Shown piece after piece: positions 58,493 through 64,000 of a stretch of DNA of 64,000 nucleotides. The stretch spans positions 1 through 64,000 of the forward strand of contig JBDRQI010000036.1 of assembly GCA_043826355.1 (NCBI GenBank). The letters run 5' to 3'. Below the pieces are notes generated by a model that worked only from the letters and a program-made list of their open reading frames with translations, did no database searches and was not told the DNA's origin. Each line of letters opens with the position of its first letter. The stretch's first letter is position 1. This DNA is from Candidatus Omnitrophota bacterium. Its GTDB lineage: Bacteria; Ratteibacteria; UBA8468; MWAK01. The translations under genes were made by a program, and so were the position numbers.

Positions 58493-58975
58493 ATGAATAT
58501 GGAATCAAAAAATAAATTTCAGGAGAAATTTCAGGAAATTTTTTCCGAATATACCGAGGTCCGGAAGCGCATCTACGCAACCATCCCGGCGGATTCGCTC
58601 CGAACGGTGGTCGGTTTTCTTTTCAACGACCTGGCGGCGCGTTTCATAATCGCCTCCGGTTTTGACAACGGCAAAGAGATTGAAATCCTGTACCATTTTT
58701 CCTTTGATTCTTCGGGCGAAATTGTCAGTTTGCGGGTATTGCTGGACCGGAACAAGCCGGAAGTGGATTCCCTGGCGCCGCTCTTCCGCGGCTCCTTCTG
58801 GATTGAGCGGGAAATCTGGGAGATGCTCGACGTCAATTTCCGAGAACACCCGCGGCTGGAAAAGTTTCTTTTCTCGGAAGATTGGCCGGACAGTTGCTAT
58901 CCGTACCAGGTGCCGCCGGACCGGACCAACCGTCCGCCCAACGCTCCTCCGGCCCAGGGCAAGTTAAAATTTTAG
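58493..58975 (+). CDS. NuoC-like 30 kDa subunit
   Basis: YHF, WIEREIWEML.V.F..HP. Confidence 0.88.
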   Translation: MNMESKNKFQEKFQEIFSEYTEVRKRIYATIPADSLRTVVGFLFNDLAARFIIASGFDNGKEIEILYHFSFDSSGEIVSLRVLLDRNKPEVDSLAPLFRGSFWIEREIWEMLDVNFREHPRLEKFLFSEDWPDSCYPYQVPPDRTNRPPNAPPAQGKLKF

Positions 58976-59023
58976 CAAATCATGAAAATGCAGGGGAAGG
59001 GTTACATCCCCTCCCGGATACCT

Positions 59024-60208
59024 ATGAATAAAAAAGAAGTAATTGTTCCCATCGGACCTTACCACCCGCTCCTGGAAGAGCCGGAGTTTTTCAAGCTCTT
59101 CGTAGAGGGTGAAAAGGTCGTTGACATTGACTGGCTGGCCGGAATGAACCACCGGGGCATAGAGAAGATTTCGGAGGGAAAGAGTTACGACCAGGTTCCT
59201 TTTCTGGTAGAGCGTATTTGCGGAATTTGTTCCACCAGTCATCCCCTTGCCTTCGTCAACGCGGTGGAAAATATTGTCAACCTGGAAATTCCGGAACGCG
59301 CCAGATACATCCGCACCTTTGTGGCGGAAATGGAACGCATCCACAGCCATTTACTCTGGGTTGGACTGGCTGGCCATTTTCTGGGTTACAACACGGTTTT
59401 TATGTGGGCCTGGAAATGGCGGGAACCGGTCCTGGATATAATGGAACTGACAACCGGCAACCGCAATAATTATGCGATGATGTGCCCGGGCGGGGTGCGC
59501 CGGGATATGTTTGAAGAAGATTTTCCTTTTATCCAATCAAAACTGGATGATGTAAAAACCAAAGTGAATATGCTGGCGGCGGCGGTTCCGGATGACCCGG
59601 TCCTTATGGCCCGGCTCAAAGGAGTGGGCATACTGACCGCAGAAGACATCCATAATTACGGCGCGGTCGGTCCGGTGGCGCGGGCAAGCGGCGTAGCCAT
59701 TGACGTGCGCCGGGACGACCCTTACGCGGCATACGACCAGGTTGACTGGGAGGTAGTCACGGAACCGGACGGCGACCTGCTGGCGCGCACCAAAGTCCGG
59801 CTTCTGGAAATTTTACAGGCGGTAAAGATATCGGAACAGTGCCTGGCCCGTCTTAAGGATACTAAAGGCGCTATCATGACGAAAATCAGGGAGATACCGG
59901 CCGGCGAAGGCATCGGTCACTGCGAAGCGCCCCGGGGCGAATGCTTCCATTACATCCGCAGCGACGGCACCAATCGTCCCATCCGGCACAAGATACGCGC
60001 GCCCAGCTACACCTGCATCCCGACTTTTGAAAAATCCGTGGTGGGCGGTCAGATTGCCGATGCCCTGATTTGCCTGGCCGGCGTTGACCCCTGTTACTGC
60101 TGTACCGAACGTCTCTCCGCGGTCGCGGAGGACGGAAAGACCCTGGACGGAGAGACCCTGCTGCGCCTTTCCGTGGAAAAGACGCAGAAATTGAAACAAA
60201 AAATGTAG
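59024..60208 (+). CDS. Group 4 [NiFe]-hydrogenase large subunit
   Basis: GPYHP, HRGIEK, L1 RICGIC, EAPRGE, L2 DPCYCC then TER and a C-terminal extension. Confidence 0.9.
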   Translation: MNKKEVIVPIGPYHPLLEEPEFFKLFVEGEKVVDIDWLAGMNHRGIEKISEGKSYDQVPFLVERICGICSTSHPLAFVNAVENIVNLEIPERARYIRTFVAEMERIHSHLLWVGLAGHFLGYNTVFMWAWKWREPVLDIMELTTGNRNNYAMMCPGGVRRDMFEEDFPFIQSKLDDVKTKVNMLAAAVPDDPVLMARLKGVGILTAEDIHNYGAVGPVARASGVAIDVRRDDPYAAYDQVDWEVVTEPDGDLLARTKVRLLEILQAVKISEQCLARLKDTKGAIMTKIREIPAGEGIGHCEAPRGECFHYIRSDGTNRPIRHKIRAPSYTCIPTFEKSVVGGQIADALICLAGVDPCYCCTERLSAVAEDGKTLDGETLLRLSVEKTQKLKQKM

Positions 60209-60287
60209 GCCGGGGTTATAACCCCGCCCGCGGGCCCCGTAGAGTGAAGTCACTCAACGGGGCGGGTCGGATAAATCCGACCCTTAC
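60205..60287. repeat. GTAG-type REP cluster with nested hairpin
   Basis: Shares GGGTCGGATAAATCCGACCC with 44758; GTAG supplies the large-subunit stop. Confidence 0.8.
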
Positions 60288-60297
60288 GAAAACATAA

Positions 60298-61518
60298 ATG
60301 CACACGTTAACTTTTACTTTATTCGGCGAAACTCTGAAATTTTCAAGCGACCCCATCGCCCTGTTCTTCGCGTTATTTTCCACGATGGTGGGATTCTTGA
60401 TATTTCTCTACTCGCTGCCTTACACTAAAGGAAAAGCGCACCGGGCCGAATTCTACAGTTACCTCTGTCTCTTCTGGGTCGGGATGCTCGGCCTGGTCTT
60501 TTCCGGGCACCTCATCCTGTTTTACCTTTTCTGGGAAGTAACCGCGCTCTCCTCCTGGCGGCTGATCGGTTTTTACCGGAAACCCGAAGACATCAAGGCC
60601 GCGAACAACGCTCTCCTGGTGACCTTCGGCGGTTCCTCCCTGATGCTCCTGGCCTTTATCCTTATCTACCTTCAGACCGGTACCTTTGACCTTGGGAGCC
60701 TCAGCGGTTTCCGTTTGAATAATTCTATTTACCTTCTCATCCTGGCCGGCATCTTGAGCAAGAGCGCCATCTTTCCTTTCAACGAATGGCTGCCGGCCGC
60801 CGGCATAGCCGCCGCTCCGGTCACCGCCTTCCTGCATGCGGCGGTGTTAGTTAAAATCGGGCTTTACGCCTTCATCCGTTTATTTTATACCGCATTTGTG
60901 CCGCCGCCGGCCGCCGCCTATCTTCCTTTTCTCTTTATCGTCAGCTGCCTGGTAACCGGATTCGCCGCTCTGCGTGAAGATGATTTCAAGCGGCTCCTGG
61001 CTTATTCCACCATTAGCCAGTTATCGCTCATCTATTTTAGTTTGTCGCTCTTTACCGCGGTCGGCCTGACCGGAGCCGTCGCCTTTATCCTGGCCCACGC
61101 CTTCGGAAAATCCGGACTCTTCCTGACCGCCGGCGTCATCGAACATGAAACCGGAGAACGCAACATCCGGAAGATGGGCGGCTATTTTAAATCCCAGCCG
61201 TTGCTTTCCGTCCTCTTCCTGTTATCCGCTTTTTCGGTAATCGGAATTCCGCCCTTCCTCGGTTTCTGGGGAAAGGTAATGCTTATCGCGTCACCTTTTG
61301 CGGCCGGCAATTTAGTCCTGGGCTTTTTGGGAATATTAGCCGGTGGCCTTACCCTCATCTATCTCTTGCGCGCTTTCCACCATGTCTTTCTGGGCAAAGA
61401 GAACCTGCCGTTCCTGCGCCCGGTCCCAAAATTATTTTACGTCTCGATCTCGGCCCTGGCATTTTTTTCGTTACTGTTTGGCCTGTGGCCAAATTTGATT
61501 TTATATTTATTCAGGTAG
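60298..61518 (+). CDS. Antiporter-like subunit (NuoL/M/N, MrpD family)
   Basis: FWE, KSA.FP...WLP, HAA..VK.G.Y, KRLLAYSTISQ, H...K..LFL. Confidence 0.9.
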   Translation: MHTLTFTLFGETLKFSSDPIALFFALFSTMVGFLIFLYSLPYTKGKAHRAEFYSYLCLFWVGMLGLVFSGHLILFYLFWEVTALSSWRLIGFYRKPEDIKAANNALLVTFGGSSLMLLAFILIYLQTGTFDLGSLSGFRLNNSIYLLILAGILSKSAIFPFNEWLPAAGIAAAPVTAFLHAAVLVKIGLYAFIRLFYTAFVPPPAAAYLPFLFIVSCLVTGFAALREDDFKRLLAYSTISQLSLIYFSLSLFTAVGLTGAVAFILAHAFGKSGLFLTAGVIEHETGERNIRKMGGYFKSQPLLSVLFLLSAFSVIGIPPFLGFWGKVMLIASPFAAGNLVLGFLGILAGGLTLIYLLRAFHHVFLGKENLPFLRPVPKLFYVSISALAFFSLLFGLWPNLILYLFR

Positions 61519-61586
61519 GGGCTTTATTTATCAAGCCCGCGGGTCGGATGTCGTAGATCCGCCTCAGGCGGGAATGCGACCCCTGC
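61515..61586. repeat. GTAGGGG-type REP doublet with nested CCGCCTCAGGCGG
   Basis: Matches the reverse complement of 30293-30358. Confidence 0.8.
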
Positions 61587-61605
61587 ACAATAATTTAACC
61601 AAATT

Positions 61606-63438
61606 ATGCTTCTATTATTCGGTCCTTTTGCCGCCGGTTTTCTGTCTGCCGTATTACCCGGACGGACAATAAAAAAGGTTCTTGCCCTATTGGGAAGCCT
61701 TGCCGCCTTCTTAGGGCCCGTCATTTTCGGAAATATGTCCCGGCCGCTGTTTTCGGTTTCGGTTCTCGGCACCGATTTTACTTTCCTGATCAACCCCGAC
61801 AACCTCTCCCTGATCTTTGCAACCCTGATCGGCCTGCTTGCCTTCCTGGCCACCCTCTTCTCTTTTAATTACGTAAAAGAAAGGGAAGGATACTATTACG
61901 GATTCCTCCTTACTTTTGTCGGAGCCATGGAAGGCGCGGTCCTGGCCGGAAATTTCCTGACGCTCTTCTTCTTCTGGGAATTGATGACCGCCGCCTCCTA
62001 CTTTTTAATAATTTTTGACGGCACCAGAGAATCGGAAAACGCCGGTAAAAAATATTTCCTGATGACCGGGCTCCTCTCTCTCCTGATGCTCTTCTCCATC
62101 TTCGGTCTCCGATTTATGGCCCCGGGCAGCCGGTTTGACTACAATCTTTTCGTCCTGGCGTTTTTGCTGGCCGCCGGCGTCAAGGCCGGTATCGTCCCGC
62201 TCCACTCCTGGCTGCCGGAAGCGCACCCGGCTGCGCCCTCGCCGGTTTCCGCGCTCCTTTCCGGCGTGATGATCAAGATCGGCATTTATCTTTTAATCCG
62301 GATTATCTACCCGCTCCTGATGCCCGGCCCCAACTGGCTCTTTGTCATTTCATTCCTGGGAGCCGTCACCATTCTCATCGGCGTCATCAACGCACTTGCC
62401 CAACACGACTTCAAACGGCTCCTGGCATTCCACTCCATCAGCCAGGTCGGCTATATCCTGCTGGGTATCGGCTGCGGAACCGGCCTCGGCCTGGCCGGCG
62501 GGATCTTCCACGTCATCAACCACGCCCTCTTTAAAGGCTTGCTCTTCCTGATAAGCGGCGTCATCCTTACCATTTACGGAACCAGGGACCTGGATAAAAT
62601 ATCCGGCCTCTTCCGGAAACTGCCCTTAACCTTTGCGGCCTGCCTGGTCGCCTCCTTATCCATCTCCGGCATGCCTCCCTTTAACGGCTTTGCGTCAAAG
62701 TGGATTATCTACCAGGCCTTAATCGCCCAAGCAACGCCGGCCGCCTATTTCTTCCTTGTGGCCGCTATGTTCGGCAGCGCCCTTACCCTGGCCTCTTTCC
62801 TGAAGGTACTGGCCGGGCTCTTCTTCGGAAATTTCCGGGCGCCGGCCAATCTTGTCTCCGAAAAGATAGAGCGCGGCCTTCCGTTCGGGTTACCATTAAC
62901 CATCCTTTCCCTGCTCTGCATCACCCTGGGTGTCTGGCCGAATTTGGTCCTGAATCCGTTCATACTTCCGATGGTAGAAGATATCTTTGGCCCAACAACC
63001 CTGCCGGGCCTCTACTCGTCTTCCCTGGCCACCGGCCTGCTGGTCATCGCCCTGCTCCTGGGACTTCTGCTCTTCTTCCTGCTCTCTTTCCGGGTGCGCC
63101 GGACCGAAACCTATATCGGCGGAAATGATGTTACCGCCGAAATGGCCTATCCGGCAACCCATTTCTATAAAACGATTGAAGACGGCCCCCTGGCCGGATA
63201 TTACCGACGGGAAACAAACGGTTCTTTTGATTTGTACTTTATCGGCGCCGGAATTAAAGAAATCGCTTCAAATATCTTTGCCGGCCTGACGGCGGCCGGC
63301 AGCGGCCTGGCCTGGCCCGTCCTGAAAGCGCTGAAAGAAGCAAAGGAATTCTTCCGGGAAGTGCATAACGGATTGTTGCAGCGCTACATCCTGTGGCTCT
63401 TTGTCGGACTCTTAATTTTCCTTTTTATTTTCTGGTGA
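61606..63438 (+). CDS. Antiporter-like subunit (HyfB/NuoM/MrpD family)
   Basis: FFWELM, PLHSWLPEAHP.APSPVSALLSG, KRLLAFHSISQ.GY, PPFNGF.SKW. Confidence 0.92.
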   Translation: MLLLFGPFAAGFLSAVLPGRTIKKVLALLGSLAAFLGPVIFGNMSRPLFSVSVLGTDFTFLINPDNLSLIFATLIGLLAFLATLFSFNYVKEREGYYYGFLLTFVGAMEGAVLAGNFLTLFFFWELMTAASYFLIIFDGTRESENAGKKYFLMTGLLSLLMLFSIFGLRFMAPGSRFDYNLFVLAFLLAAGVKAGIVPLHSWLPEAHPAAPSPVSALLSGVMIKIGIYLLIRIIYPLLMPGPNWLFVISFLGAVTILIGVINALAQHDFKRLLAFHSISQVGYILLGIGCGTGLGLAGGIFHVINHALFKGLLFLISGVILTIYGTRDLDKISGLFRKLPLTFAACLVASLSISGMPPFNGFASKWIIYQALIAQATPAAYFFLVAAMFGSALTLASFLKVLAGLFFGNFRAPANLVSEKIERGLPFGLPLTILSLLCITLGVWPNLVLNPFILPMVEDIFGPTTLPGLYSSSLATGLLVIALLLGLLLFFLLSFRVRRTETYIGGNDVTAEMAYPATHFYKTIEDGPLAGYYRRETNGSFDLYFIGAGIKEIASNIFAGLTAAGSGLAWPVLKALKEAKEFFREVHNGLLQRYILWLFVGLLIFLFIFW

Positions 63439-63439
63439 T

Positions 63440-63952
63440 ATGAATACATTCTTTATAGTCCTGACTATTTTTATGATTGCCGCTGCCCTGGTGGCGGTCT
63501 TCACCCGTTGGCTCATCTCTTCGGTTGTGGCGGTGGGCGCGGTGGGCTTCCTGGTGGCAATCGCCTTTCTCCTGATGGGCGCCCCGGACCTGGCCATTAC
63601 CCAGGTCGTGGTGGAAATCATCAGTTTGGTAATCCTGGTCCGGGCAACCGTCAACCGGGATACCACGGTCAGTAACTACCGGGCGGAAATTTTCGCCTTC
63701 GGGGCGATGGCCGTAATTACCGCGGCGCTCCTGGTCTTTTCCACGGCAACCCTGATAGCCATCCATCCGTTCGGAGAGGCCTCCCTGCCGGTGGCGCAGC
63801 ATTATCTGGATAACGCGCTGAAAGAGACCGGAGCGGCCAATGTCGTAACCGGCGTAATCCTGGATTACCGCGCCTACGACACCCTGGGCGAGGCAACCGT
63901 AATCTTCGTCGCAATCGTGGGCGCCTTGGCCCTTTTAAGAAAGAAGAGGTAA
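63440..63952 (+). CDS. MbhD/MbhE-like subunit (DUF4040 + MrpB N-terminal)
   Basis: APDLAITQ.VVE, N.VT..I.DYR.YDTLGE. Confidence 0.88.
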   Translation: MNTFFIVLTIFMIAAALVAVFTRWLISSVVAVGAVGFLVAIAFLLMGAPDLAITQVVVEIISLVILVRATVNRDTTVSNYRAEIFAFGAMAVITAALLVFSTATLIAIHPFGEASLPVAQHYLDNALKETGAANVVTGVILDYRAYDTLGEATVIFVAIVGALALLRKKR

Positions 63953-63955
63953 AAT

Positions 63956-64000
63956 ATGCCTGACCTGTTCAATAATGATGCGGGAATGGACGAAATTATC
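63956..64000 (+). CDS. Start of the next operon gene (truncated by the window; possibly MrpB/MbhF-like)
   Basis: ATG after GAGG, frame open to the window end. Confidence 0.45.
   Translation, partial: MPDLFNNDAGMDEII

Noticed and set aside
59024..60208. Complex I NuoD or Mbx/Ehr-type non-hydrogenase
   Set aside because: Both CxxC nickel-binding motifs are intact and a maturation protease leads the operon.

Overview
A 64 kb bacterial chromosome segment that is mostly housekeeping genes. A PVC-superphylum lineage such as Omnitrophota/Ratteibacteria is only an inference from gene content (DUF1559 prepilin, group 4 hydrogenase). Core genes include purD, gmk, xerC, tolB-pal, hisS-aspS, dapF, comEC, thrS-infC-rpmI-rplT, purB, alr, mltG, glmS, dgt, dprA, thiE-thiC, ftsH, folE and nfeD, plus four tRNAs (Arg-UCG, Lys-CUU, Leu-UAG, Gly-GCC). 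There are three accessory modules. The first is a cobalamin operon with two different B12 riboswitches, one placed directly before a DUF1559/H-X9-DG prepilin-like gene coupled to btuFCD. The second is a ROK/creatininase/DegT/glycoside-hydrolase-like cluster. The third is a membrane-bound group 4 [NiFe]-hydrogenase operon carrying AsrA/AsrB-like NAD(P)H modules, cut off by the window end. The most unusual signals are non-coding. Each of three adjacent tRNAs is followed by an inverted copy of its own T-arm, a structured core, and a direct copy of its T-arm/acceptor. A ~160 nt covarying hairpin element occurs twice with locus-specific terminal inverted repeats. Also present are a TAA-flanked MITE, many nested REP-like palindromes (one translated inside alr), an orphan 31-codon mltG fragment and several apparently leaderless genes. 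All calls come from reading the sequence; no database searches were run.
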